Part shown: positions 40,534 to 53,809 of the stretch, in pieces
Layout of the letters: each line of letters begins with the position of its first letter
How positions within the stretch are numbered: the stretch's first letter is position 1
Notes under the pieces: generated by a model
What the model saw: the letters and a program-made list of their open reading frames with translations, nothing else
Database searches by the model: none
What the model was told of the DNA's origin: nothing
Program-made: the position numbers and the translations under genes
NCBI GenBank assembly: GCA_013265495.1
Contig: MU058257.1
Coordinates: 1,257,262 to 1,321,261, forward strand
From: Vicugna vicugna
Taxonomy: Eukaryota
DNA length: 64,000 nucleotides
Direction: 5' to 3'

Positions 40534-40617
40534 AAAAAAAAAAAAAAAAAAAAAACAGCTAGGAGAGTTCCCGCAGGAAAACTACAGACACCACAGAGAA
40601 CAGGAAGGAATATGCCT

Positions 40618-40623
40618 TTTATT
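40618..40623 (-). terminator. Distal polyadenylation signal AATAAA of PARD3
   Basis: Minus strand reads cctGTAcatgtgagacgtccAATAAAaggcatattccttcctgttctctgtggtgtctgtagtttt: UGUA upstream, GU-rich element downstream. Confidence 0.75.
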
Positions 40624-41569
40624 GGACGTCTCACATGTACAGGGAAAGCTGTTTCTCACAGCACAGGGGAGGCTGTGAGGAAGAGCCACTGTCATCCGAG
40701 GTCACCGTGCTGACACCGGTCACGTCGCTTAAACATTACCACGCTCTACAAACAAATGGAACCGTCACACAGAGGAGCAAAAGAGACAGATGCAGGTAGG
40801 GGACAGACACCTCACACGGGTTCTACAAACAAGTGGACACAAAAATAGCGTGCCAGTAAAAAAAATTAGGCATATCAGTACATGTCTCTTTTTTTTCCTT
40901 CTCTTTTTTGTTCACAGGATGCTGAGCTTTCATCTCAAGCTTTTTTCACATCGGGATGGGCAGGCACTTGAGCAGTCCAGCCAGGGTGTACAATATGATG
41001 TTCAGACAGCAGATGAGAACATGGGAGCCCTTGGCAACCCGGCTCCTCCTGACCCGTATGCGCGTTAACGTGTCGACAGGAGGGCTAGCTTTTGCTACCA
41101 TTGTCTGGGGACACCAGAAAGTTCTGTGTGGGGTGGAACGGCTTTCCTCTTATCTTTTCTGTTTCCTGGCAGAATTATTTAGAAGCATGGATGGCATCAC
41201 CAGGCAGAGATACAGCAGGTGGTTGAATAGACAAACATCAATTCCAACCGACTTTAAAAACCAGAGAAAGCATGTGTGTTTTTGGAATCCCAAAAGGAGT
41301 ATCTGTCCCTGTCCTGTGCTGTGCACCTCCTGCTGACTCGTCAAACACACACTGGGTGTGCTGGGCCAGATGCTCATCCTGGGAGACTCCTGTCCTTACT
41401 ACCACCCCCCACGGCGTGACACCACACATGGCCCACGGGCAGGTGGCCCTTCCCTCCCAGGGCTCACACCCGCCTCCCACGTTCCCCACGTAGAGATGTG
41501 GGGAACTCAACCCGTGTGTGAGGAACAGGACTGAGCAAGGGTGTTTATAAACACAGACAGAATGGTCAC

Positions 41570-41575
41570 TTTATT
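41570..41575 (-). terminator. Middle polyadenylation signal AATAAA
   Basis: Minus strand accAATAAAgtgaccattctgtctgtgtttat, with a GU-rich downstream tract. Confidence 0.55.
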
Positions 41576-42167
41576 GGTAACACTGAGTTATAAGGCAGTT
41601 ACAAAAGGACCCCCCTGATAACCAGACAGTGTTGGAATATGGCTTCGTTTCTTGTAGATGAAGGACCTTTCCTGTTACAAGGAGCTGAGAAAGAAAAGGG
41701 AAACCACACTGGTAACAAAGGATTATAAACACTGTGCCAGGAAGTACCGTGGAGCCCCAGTGTCTGGTGAATGCCACCCACTGTCATCCACCAGAGACTG
41801 AGACGTCACCTCATCCTAGGAACTTAAAGGGGAAAGAGGGAACAGCATCACCCTCGGCTTCAGGGTTACCTGTCACCATGAGTTGTACAGGGAGGTACCC
41901 AAAGCCCTAGGCGTCTCATGGGCTGGGCCAGGATCCTGGGTACCCAAGAGATGCAGAGCATATGAATGCCTCGAACAGGTGATTGTCAGACGGCGGGAAA
42001 TCCTTCCATGACGTAGACACTTGAGACAGAGTGGCAAAGACATTAAGGCCTTCCATTGAATTGCCCACGCTGCTTAAAGGCACTGATTCCAACAAGAGAA
42101 ATATTCCGTAGTACCACCGAGGTTTTAAAAAAACTCCCCCAGGACAAGTCTCCGTAGGAAAATGTCC

Positions 42168-42173
42168 TTTATT
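42168..42173 (-). terminator. Proximal candidate polyadenylation signal AATAAA
   Basis: AATAAA about 30 nt after the stop codon; a U-tract (gagttttttt) lies further downstream. Confidence 0.4.
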
Positions 42174-42204
42174 GCATGACACGCAGCATCCGCTCTCCTC
42201 CGGC

Positions 42205-42720
<516 letters not shown>

Positions 42721-45700
42721 TCACGTGCCAGACACGGGGATGGGGCTGCAGGGGTCAAACGCGAGTGTCCTCGCGCAGCTCAAGTCTGAGACCAGCTCAC
42801 CAGCAACGCTGACCGGGAGGAGAGTAACAGGCAGCAGCTACCCTGGGGGCTGCTCAGGGTAACGATAGCTCCTGCAGTTTAGACTCATCGGCAAGATGCT
42901 GTGTCAGAGCGCGAGAGATCTGGTAGCTTCGACAGCAGTAACTGCTCGCTTTAGAACATTACAAGTCAATTCTAAACAACAAGCCAAACGAATATTTCAC
43001 ACCATTGCCACCATATTGCCAGAGATGGTGGCTAATAGTCCCTGCTACGGATCACAGCATGAGTTCAGTTATGAAAGATTTAAGTCTACGTGCCTTCGTG
43101 ATTAAAAATGCAACAGGCAGCCCCTCAAAGCTCCGGCTTTCAAGTTGTACATGTCAGCAACTGACACACTTCAGACTACATGCCCATCAGGACTGTGGAC
43201 CCTGGACGTGTGTGGAGTGAGCACTATTTTCCTGCCCACGGTATCATCACCAAAGGCCAGGAGAACTTAGCTCACTTTCTGTCATCCTAGGATGGGGAAA
43301 TAAATCAGAGTCCTATAGAAATTTCGAATGCTTAGCGCTTTGGCAATAAAGTTGCACATCATTTTCGGGAAACATTATTGTTTTGAAACATCTTTAATTT
43401 ACTATCAAGTCTCTAGATGCTTTTATGAATTTACAATAAGATTGGCTATGATAAAGTAAAACAATTCTGGGACAGAAAGGAAGACATGCCCTAATTTTTT
43501 TGCCTTGAGAATGGAAGAGCGCGAACGAGAACAGAGTAATAAAACAAAATATATTGCTCCATTTATCAATAAGAAAATCATTTGGTGACAGTAGGCATTG
43601 CTCAGCCTTTCACATCACACACAACACAACAGAAAGACTCTGGCAGACAGAAAATAAGGTCCGTGAAGCACTGGGTCTCCCACAAGAATAAAGCAATTTG
43701 CATTTTTTGAACATTCAGAAGAGGCATGAACGTGGTTTAGGATGAAGTCTGCCCATTTTCCATATGGCCTACGATGTAGTCAAGAGTATTTTCAATAAGG
43801 AAGATAACTAATGGCCAGTATCGCTCCTCGGTATGACTGATTAACTGAAGTGTCTACAGGGTCTCTGTTCCCTTTTAGGAATCAGACCCCTGGTACCATC
43901 AGCCCGAGCAAGAACCCTTAGGTTTGGTGGAGGCTTTATTTGCAAAACGCGCTGATTATCTTCTCTTAAAAAGTCATAAATTACTCTGCCTCGAGCCATG
44001 ACTGATGGAAGGTTCCCACATGGAGCCAAGGGATTCGACGTGAATCATGAAACTTTACTTAAAACAACAAACATGTTACTGATGTTACAGCAACAAAGTG
44101 GGATTCCTTCCTGGGTTAGCTATCAATTTAAGGATAACAAGAGACAGGCTTTACATCCTTGGACGACAGAGGTCCGCTGGCCTTCTCCATCCCTACCTCC
44201 ATCCCCACGAGGTCCTGCACCAGAAGATGCATTTTGAGTCAGTCTAGGAAGACAGTCTTTTTGTAGTCAAACACACTGAGAATTCACTAAAGGTCTGCTC
44301 AGGATGGGAATTATGAAAGAATTTCTTGTAGGGAAAATTTTCTTCAAATGAGGCAGTTTAGAGAGAAGGAGAGACAGACCCCCCCCACCCCGCCCCTGAG
44401 GTTCGAAGTAAGATGTGTGGGGAAAGTGTATGTATCTCCTCAGAAAGGAAGCCAGCGTCTCAGCAAGCTCTTGATTAAGGAAGAGAACAAGAAGTGGGCA
44501 GGTGGTAGAGGCATGCGCGGAAGCAGCACACGGCTATGCGCTCCCCCTACGGAAGGCAGCCGCGCGGGCTCGGGGCGCGGGGGCTGGCGGCCCGCAGACA
44601 CTGCTCCGGCCTCGCGCCCGCCGGCCGCGCCCGCCCAGAGGTCATCCTCCCGGGGCTCGAGGCGCCTCCTCTGGGAAACAGGCAGAGTCTGTAACCTCGG
44701 CGGGTTACGGGGAGAAAGGAATGAAGTAACACCTGCAAAGTGCTCGGGAAAGTGCCACCTAGCACAGGGGTAACTAATGGGCGACTTTAACTTTGCCTCC
44801 AACAATTAGGCTCTGGGTTTGGAAGGAGGGGGAGTGTCCTTCTAGCCAATGGCAAAAAATTAAAACGTTAGCTTTCCATCCTCAGTCAGAAGGATCAGCA
44901 GAGTTCAAGGAGCAGAGAGGCGCAGGAGTGACAGGGGAACCCTCCCTCGGTGACCGAGAAGCGAGCTTCCCACGGTCCCACGACCACGTGGGGGCCACGG
45001 GGCAGCACGGCGGCAACGAAGCTTCTCTCCTCTCCGTGACTTTCTTTACAGCCATCGCCCAGGCTTGTCTGGCCCTGCAGCGAGCTCACCGGAGAGTCCT
45101 GAGTCCCCGCAAAGAGCACAGCCTGGTTTGGCAAGGACTGCTCCCTTAGCGGCCCTGCGTGAAGCCCACCCTCACGGTGGGGCGTGCTGCGCTCACATTC
45201 AGAGCTGCCTCCTGGCTACAAAGGAACTGAGGTAGGAACTAAAAACGGATTTAAAAAAAATAATTTAGGAATTAAAAAAAACAAATCCTCATCTGACTGA
45301 GAACTACGTGGTGATCTCGTGTTTCTCACCGACATTTCAAAATGAAACTTGAGTTTTGCCTGTACATCTCCTCAATCAGGGCGAGAATTCACCGTCCCCC
45401 GCCCCTGCCCAGCGCGGATACGCACCCTAATTCAAACCACCTTGTCCAGCGCGCCTCATACAGAGTCCTGACCGTTTCTCTGGTGCTCTGCTTTGCAGCC
45501 GAGCTTTGTGTGTGTGTGAGATCTTTCTGGCATCGAATGCCACAGCAACTTCTTTGGACAAAACTCCACTAACTGTCCACATCTGAAGAGCTGAGGGCAA
45601 ATGTCTCTGAAGGCTCTCATGTGGCAGAAACTCGGCGCGGCCTACCACGCATGCGGGTCCTCATGGCCCTCCTAAGACTCCAGCTCCTGGCTCTGCAAGG

Positions 45701-46492
45701 AGCCCCCTGGGTGCCTGGCCCCTGACTGTCCCCACTCAGAGATGGGGGCTGAGGAGTCACAGGTGACCCCAGAAATGCACGAGGCTGAGCCGCGTGGGTC
45801 CGCTTGGACACATGCATTCTTTAGTCCGTGGCCTGCAGCTGGCTGTGTGGATGCGGAGGGCAGGCCAGAAGTGATGTGTGATCAAGCCCTGCAGGTAAGG
45901 TCACCTGCCCTCTCTGAGAGGTGACTGTGATGTAGAGGCCGGACGGCCCTGCTTCCCTCAACTCACACAGCTCTTTCAGGGTTTCCCCTCTTCTTCTGTC
46001 CACCCGGAATGAAATGGCGAGCCTGAGGGAGCTAGCACTGACCAGAGGGGAAGGAGCCGCACCTGCAGCTTGGAGCTCCTGGTCCACTGTGGGGCGGAGC
46101 AGGAGAAACCCAAGGGAAGCCCTGCCTCCGTCTTGTCTGCAGACCTCGGGGGTGGCCCCTCCACCCCTGCCCCCGCCATCTCCTCCCACACGAAGAGCTC
46201 GGCCAGCCCTCGCCACTTCTCACAGGTACTCTCAACACAGCCTGAACGCAGGGAGCCAGACACTGGCCAACAAGAGGTCGCAGCCCCATCCAGACATCTC
46301 CGCTCCCGTGGGCCGTGATGTGCTGCCACCCCTGCCTGGCGGTGGCACCAGGGCCGCCACGTGTGTTGGTTCATCCACACCCCTGGATGGATGAACCAAG
46401 CCGACGGGCTGGGCAGAGGGGTCTTCCACTGGTCTCCCACAGGAGTACCCAGTGTCGCGCATTTGATGCACAGGTGATGCTTAGGGTGGCCA

Positions 46493-46775
46493 CTCCTCCT
46501 CCCTCCGGTCCCTCTCCTCTTCCCACCTCCCCCTCCACGTCCTCTTCCCCGCCCTCCTCCTCCCATTCCCCTCCCTGCACCTCCTCTTCCTCCTCCATCC
46601 TTTCTCCTCCCCCTCCTCCTTTTCCTCTTCCCTCCTCCTTCCCTACCTCCTCCCTCTTCCTCCTCCTCCCTCTCCACTCCTCTACCTCTTCCTCTTTCCT
46701 TGTCCTCTTTCCTCCTCCTCCTCCACCTTCTCTTCCTTTCCCTCCTCCCTCTTCATCCTCATCCACCGCCCCCCC
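46493..46775 (+). repeat. (CCT)n-like polypyrimidine low-complexity tract
   Basis: About 280 bp of almost only C and T on the plus strand. Confidence 0.95.
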
Positions 46776-47928
46776 ACCCAGTGTGAAGGGCAGGAGAGCA
46801 TAGTGGACCCGATGCCTCCACCTGTTCGTGTGCCACACTCGGGCACAAAGCCCTTGGGAGCAGTGAGCCTTGAAGAGCAGTGGTTGAGGGTGGGGCAGGC
46901 TGGCAGCATTCTGTGCTAGTGTGTGACCTCAGGGAAGTGCCTCAGTGTCCCTGAGCCATTTTCTTGTAAGACGTCTCTGAAGTCCTGTCCAGGCCTGCAC
47001 TTCCGTGACTCTTCCCTAGACTGGGCTAAATAACTTATCCTTCTATTTAAAGGAAAGAATGCTCCAGTGCTCAGAGGAGACACAGCTTTACGGACTGAGA
47101 AAGAACAGCTAAGTGAGGACGGCGCTGTCACCGCGGGCGGGGTGGCCCTGGTAAGACCTTCATCCACACCCCGAGGCTGGGGCTGACCCGGGTCGGCGGG
47201 GTCTGTCCCTCAGGGTTGACGGAGAAATGATCCCACATTTAAAGGGGACTCCCCGTTACCAGAAATTGAATCAAGATCACTTTTATCTCAGTCAGGTATT
47301 CAGGTAAGCATTTGCCCCAGATGATCTACGTGATGTAAACACGGTAAGTGGACTGTTTCCGCCCAGTTGGTTTCTGCCCCTGGTTTTGAAATAGAACAAA
47401 TGCCGGTAAGAATTGTGATTCTAGGAGAGGCTTGTTTGGGGACGTCTGGGAAGCTGAATGCTCTTCCGCACCGTCCTTGTGCACCGTGTGTGGAGGAAAC
47501 ACTTAGGCGGAAAGCAGCTGTTACTTCAGTGAGTTCGGGTCCAGGTACCAGAGGGCTTTCCAGGCCTCTGGCAGAGGATGCGGGAGCAGAGGTGCCCCCC
47601 CCCCGTGGGGAGCTCAGCGTGGAAGCCCTTCTGGCTTGGCTGTCAGCTAGTGAGGCCGCATCCCGGGACTTTGGGGAGTTCACACTGAGTAAAAAGCAGG
47701 GACGGGAGGGCGACAGGAGGGGGAGGCTCAGGACCACTGGCCCTGCCCAGATGCGGTGCATTTACCTTTTAGAGAGTTCTAGACCCACAGTTACCCCGGA
47801 GCTGGGCGGCTGGGAAGCTGGGTTTCCATTTTCCTGATGAGGAGTCTGTCCGGCCCTTGGCCATAGGGGAAGGAGCCAAGCCCACATCAGAACCAGGTCT
47901 GACCCCTAAGCCCAGCCCTCGGGTGTCA

Positions 47929-48318
<390 letters not shown>

Positions 48319-49275
48319 CTACAAATTCTGAAAAAGCACGTGCAGTTTTCTCAAGAGGCGTCTAACTGGCCTTGTGAGCCCCACAAACCCCGTCATCTTA
48401 AATTCTGATTACGGCTTCAGGATGGGTTACAGCGCAGAGGTCACCTTTCCAGTTTCCTTAGTGAGGTTTGGTAAATACTGACGCTAGACTCAGTTTACGT
48501 CCCTTGTTTATACAGCAGCTGGAAGAGAGTATGGCTGCTCAGAAGGCTACACGTAGATGCCAAAAGATAGAAAAGTTCGCGACAATTCATGCAAGCGGGA
48601 CAGTCCGCGGGTGCAGGCACAAGCTGGCCGTGCTGGGGAGCCACGGCTGTTCCGTGTTCTAGCCTAGCAGCAGGATACAAGGTCGCTGATTTGTCTCTTA
48701 GGAAAGAACGACAGTTACATTATGAACCAAGATTAGTTGAGAAGCCAGGCCCCATTTGGCCTGCACACGGGTCCTCTGGTCCACGGATGGTGGCCACACA
48801 CAAACGGAAACGCTGATCCAAAGAATAAACCTGCGCGCCCACGGATCCTGTACTGGGCTGTGAGCTAGTGCCTTCTGCCTGAGTTACTAGGAAGTGGCGT
48901 TTTTACCTGGGTTAATTACATGCTGCAGAGAAACTTTCACTCCTCCTGGCTGAGTGCCTGGGGCAGCCGGCCCTCTGCTGACCGACCGCAGCCAGAGACC
49001 CGCTGTGCGGCCGGGCTGTGCCCTGCGGACGCTCTAGTCTCTCACTGATGGCTTTAAGCTCGCCTCTGAGAGCTGGCCTTTTGAAACGAAAGTGGCTCTG
49101 CTCAAAATAGACACCGATACCTCTAATTTTACAGAACACCCCACAGCGGTTCACCTAGCATCAGTGGCATGCGCTCCTAAGTAACCCTTTCTGGTGCTTG
49201 TCGAGCTCCGCCCTCTCTGTGTTGGGCAATAGGCGTCTTCTGAGAAAAGAATGTCTGTTACATACAAGTTATTGA

Positions 49276-49379
49276 TTTTTTAAAATAAATTTTTAATTTT
49301 TTTAATGGAGGTCCTGGGGACTCAACCCAGGACCTCGTGCATGCTGAGCACCTGCTCTACCGCTGAGCTGCGCCCCCCC
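49276..49379 (-). mobile_element. tRNA-derived SINE (Vic-1-like)
   Basis: ggggactcaacccaggacctcgtgcatgctgagcacctgctctaccgctgagct. Confidence 0.8.
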
Positions 49380-51162
49380 ATCCCCCCGCGTCTCTTACAG
49401 TCAACGGTGGACTTGGACCTGATAATACTTTTCTAAAATAATATGAGCCTCTGCATCTGTCTGGGGCATCGCCGGGGAACACGTGTGCTTGGTACTTAAG
49501 AGCAGCCCCGCTGGTGGGCTTTTGTGTGAAGAGAAAGACAGCAACTTCTGTCGCCCTGGAAGTGGCCTGGCCAACTGCGTCTCACTGGGTGGTAGGCAAC
49601 AGTAAGGCAACAGACAGGACAAAATTTCAGAGCATGTGGGCATCGCCGGCGAGCGTATTAAAAATATCCCAACACAAAAACTCCGCGAGAAGCGATTAGG
49701 GTTTACAACACCCCGGCCTCTACTAGCGCGTGTTTATAACCACACGCATCAGAACAAATGTGTGTTCAGAGACCCACTCCGCAGTGCCGTCAAACAGCCC
49801 ACCAGCGGTGGCTTCGGCGAAGAAAAGACTTCGCCGAACACTCATGCAAACAAAGCAGGAGGCCGGTGCTCCTCAGGTGACAGGAGACAGTTCCTTCCAT
49901 CCCTCTCAGGGACGCCGGCCCAGGGGAGCGCGGGACTGGTCTGTTGTTCACGGTGCGCCCAGGAAACTTGCGAGGAGACCCTGGTCAGGGAAGGCAAAGT
50001 GAGGGCACACACCTTCATAAAGCACCCCGTTTTCCTTTCCTTCCCATCCGGGCTAAGCGACAGCTACCTGTCAAGGTCTTGAGAGACCTGGCATTCAGCT
50101 GTAGAACGTAACAACCAGCTTTTAAGCACGTGCTGCTCTGTGACACGCTGCTGGTGGAGCAGGGAAAAGGAAATGCAAGGTCTGGTAGAAACTGCAGCTG
50201 TATTTTTAACGTGTTGCTCCCAGAGGCCTGAAAATTTGATTCTGATGGTGGGGGGTTGGGGGGGGGGGGGGGGGGTTGAGGGGATTTTGTTTCCACAACG
50301 GTGAGTTTTCTGACACTGTTCACCTTCTCAGCAGTGCGAGCTGGCTCTGGGTGAACTCCAGTAATGAAATTATCATCAGACGGGATCTGGAAACTTAAAT
50401 GGGTTTGGACCTCGGCAAACTGCCGCACTTCGCTCTGTTCACTCACTCTGATGAAGTACAGGCCGCAGCCTCACTACTGGTACTTCCTCGTTCTCTCTGC
50501 AGAGCAGGCGAACGGGCAGGGTGTTAGAGGCACTCTCGTCTTTGGGATGAAACTGGGCCAGTTTTCGAGGAAGAGTGTGTTCACGATGGGCCCGGAGCAA
50601 CCACTAAAGAAGGTTGTTCCGGCAAGTTTTCTACTTGGCCTGAATCAAAAATAACCTGATGCATGACTTCAGTGAAGATCTCCTCAAAATGTAAATTGTG
50701 GGAACAGTGGTACAACCAACAACCCCGAGCTTCAGGCGCTGTGGTTTTGTGGTCTCCATCCCCGCAGCAGAGACAGTGTCCAGAGTCCAGAATCACACAA
50801 AGGTGGAGATGAAGAAAGAGCTCATTTGCAACCCCAGAGAGAAGGGCAAGATGGCAACAAGGCGCCCCCTCTACAGGGACGAACACAGGTGACGCTGGAC
50901 TGTAATGGACCTGGGAGTCACGGGATGACAAGGCGCTGGCTTTGTTCTAAGAGTACAGAGTGTAAATAACCCTGGCCTTGTTTTGGATGAAACTGGTGAT
51001 GAGCAATGAGCTTTCAAGTAAAAAAAATTGCCAAGATGGCCAAGGCCATAATAATGATAGAGGTTGTAAAACAGAAATAAATACGTAGTTATCTCTTTTG
51101 CAGGACCCCAGAGAACTATGGTACGCGACTCTTTTCATGGCTTACGTTTAAAAGCAAAAGTC

Positions 51163-51305
51163 GGGGGGCGGGCACGACTCAGCGGCAGGGCGCCGGCCTC
51201 GCATCTGTGAGGTCCTGGGTTCAATCCCCAGCACTTCCATTAAAATAAATAGATAAGTAAACCTAATGACCCCCCCAATTTTTTTAAGGTAAATTAAAAA
51301 AAATA
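51163..51305 (+). mobile_element. tRNA-derived SINE (Vic-1-like)
   Basis: gaggtcctgggttcaatccccagcacttccattaaaataaa; degenerate TSD aaaagcaaaagt/aaaatcacaagt. Confidence 0.8.
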
Positions 51306-53809
51306 AAATCACAAGTGAAAACTACGCAGGTTGCCTTTGTAAATAAATGGCAAAGTACTAGTCTGTGCCATGATTATAGAGAGATACTATTTATAGTGTA
51401 TAAAAATCATACAAAGCTTGGGAAAGGTGCCCACCATTGGCATTCTTACTAGTGGAGGACAAAATACTGGAAAATACCTTCCATAGAATGTTTCACTAAA
51501 TTAAGTCATTAAGCACTTTTCTCCGTCAAGTGAAGTCATTCTTATTTTTCCGAAAAAGATAATACAAAAAACAAAACAAAACCAAAACTGTTAATGGACT
51601 AAAGAAAGAACAAATATACACTGTACAAAGTTTTGGTTCTAATTAGAACTGGGTGATATTATCAGAATTTCAGAGCTCCATGTAAAAAGCAGATGTGTCT
51701 TACAAAATAAAACTCATTCATTTTATTAACATTTACAGAAAACATTCAATAATTTTTAAATACTTTAATTTTTCTTCACACAGATAAGAAAAAGAGCACT
51801 ATGCATGTGTGTGTGTGCACTTATATGTACTCACATACACACATGCATTATATAGTCTTATAAATGATCATTTGGGGTGGGTTTTCTACTTAAATTATGA
51901 ATAATAAAAATTTTCAAAATGTTACCTATGTCCAGGGCAGGTAGAGAAAACAAAAATGAAATACACAAAGTTTGTGTGCTTTGGACGAAAACCTAGGATG
52001 AAAATGACAAAGAGGGCAGTAACACAAAAAACAGTGCTGTCCTGTGGCAATTTAATGCGCTAGAACCCGAGTAGGGACTCCATACTCTGATAAAGATGGT
52101 AATTTAAAGATCTGGGAGGGGGAAGAAATAGTTTTTATGCCATAAATCATGCAAAGAGTGTTAAGTGGTTTACTCTGTTTAAAAGTGGCCGCTGCCAATA
52201 CTGGTAATGATTTTCTGCAGTGGACTTGCCGGCAACTTCTGATCAACAAAGTTAACTTTTGTCTCCGGGTCCTGTCCTCCGAGCCCTCCCCTCCACCCGC
52301 CACACACTGTGCTTACATAGCGATCGATTGAACTCCATGGGCTCTGAATGTTGAAAAGCTTAATTGCCACTAATGATGTGAGTAATGGTTGAAAAACTGC
52401 AGCGCCTACCAATTTCCCTCATCAAGATTTTATAAATATGTGTTTTGGTCTTAACACATCATTTGTCTTCGTCTCATCTTTCCCAACCAGGGGTTTGGAT
52501 CTATTTTCCGTCTTATCAGCAGGTAGGCTGAAAATCAAGGACCCCTCTAGAGTGGCCGATGGTGGAAGGCGGCCCCGTGAACTGCACCCCTGTGGGCTCC
52601 GGGGTGGGACCTCGGCAGGAGGGTGGGTCGGGGCCGCTCTGCAGCAGCGCAGAAACCCCCTGTCATGCCCGAGGGGCGCGCCTTCGCTGCAAGAGGGGCT
52701 TTCCCTCCAGGTCGATTTCCCAGGGAGGCGACATCCACCCGACCTGAAACGCAGTCACACTGCGCACGGCGAGGCTGTCCGCTGAGGAGGCATTTCCTGA
52801 GTCGAGGCCAGAGCCCAACACGAGGAAGTGACAGCAAGGCCCTCTTGAGTCTTAAGAAAGAAGATGACAAAAAGAGGACATCGTGTCTCCAGCTTCCCCG
52901 GGTCCGCGGAGGGCCGTCCAGGCCAGACCCAAAAGCGGTCAGAAGAGCCGTTCAAAGTCCAAGGCAGGAAAATGGAGAAAAACAAAGCAAAAACAGAAAC
53001 ATCTGTGCCTAACACGCTGACTGCCACATCACCCAAATCTGTGTTTCCTAAGGGGCACACGATCCACAGTTAAGGACAGACAGCTGGGAAGGAAGCTGGG
53101 GGGAGAAGAAGGTACTCACATGGCAGGCGATCAATTTCCCATCTGGGGGACCAAACCACTTTCAGTCACTACCAGCCGGGCTGGAAAGGACTGAGCAACA
53201 CAGCTATTAAAAGCTCCATTATCCCATCCTTCAGCCGTGTCAGCCAGCAATACTGCTCGTGGGCAACGCTCAGGTACGTGTAAAGTTTTAACAGCAAACT
53301 ATACTTACGTCTGCAGCCTGCAATTTAATTCTTTTTAAAAGCAACACTAAGTCCTGTCCATCTCTGAGCTCTGTGATAATAACCTAACCTCAGCTGTTGC
53401 TCCATTATCTTCAGGGAGACTTGAAGAAGCTTGCTGCTTTATTTATGCCGCACCGGGCACTACGTGGGGGAAAGTCGCTTTTTCCTCTCTTCTCTTTCTT
53501 CTCTTTCTCCCTTCAGCTTGGGGGAGAATTCACTCCAGTGATGGGGCTCAGGACATTTTCTGGGCCTCTGCTCATCTCAAGACCTCTTATGTCACAAATC
53601 AGTCCCTTGGGCCCAAGCATTATTTTGAACAAAAGCCCAAGGACAGGTGCCTTCTGTTCTGCTGGAGTTGAGAGGGAACAGTTTGAAAATGGATGAGTTG
53701 AAAAGAGCCACTTGGATAACTTCTCTGCAGCTTCTCTCTGTATGTAAAGTCATTGGCTTGGATATTTTCCTATGTGATGTATCTAATTGTCCTTCCTGTG
53801 TGAGCATTG

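Larger units (their letters stand above)
40600..42204 (-). other. PARD3: PARD3 3' UTR (to the distal poly(A) site; end approximate)
   Basis: Repeat-free sequence after the stop codon, ending at an AATAAA with upstream TGTA and a downstream GU/U-rich tract. Confidence 0.75.

Noticed and set aside
40125..40678. ORFs with poly-Lys/poly-Phe, possible processed pseudogene tail
   Set aside because: Artefacts of the A-run and N gap; no retrocopy body is visible.
45976..46838. Long Gly/Glu/Arg-rich or Pro/Ser-rich ORFs (up to 233 aa)
   Set aside because: They arise from the CCT low-complexity tract, which lacks stop codons.
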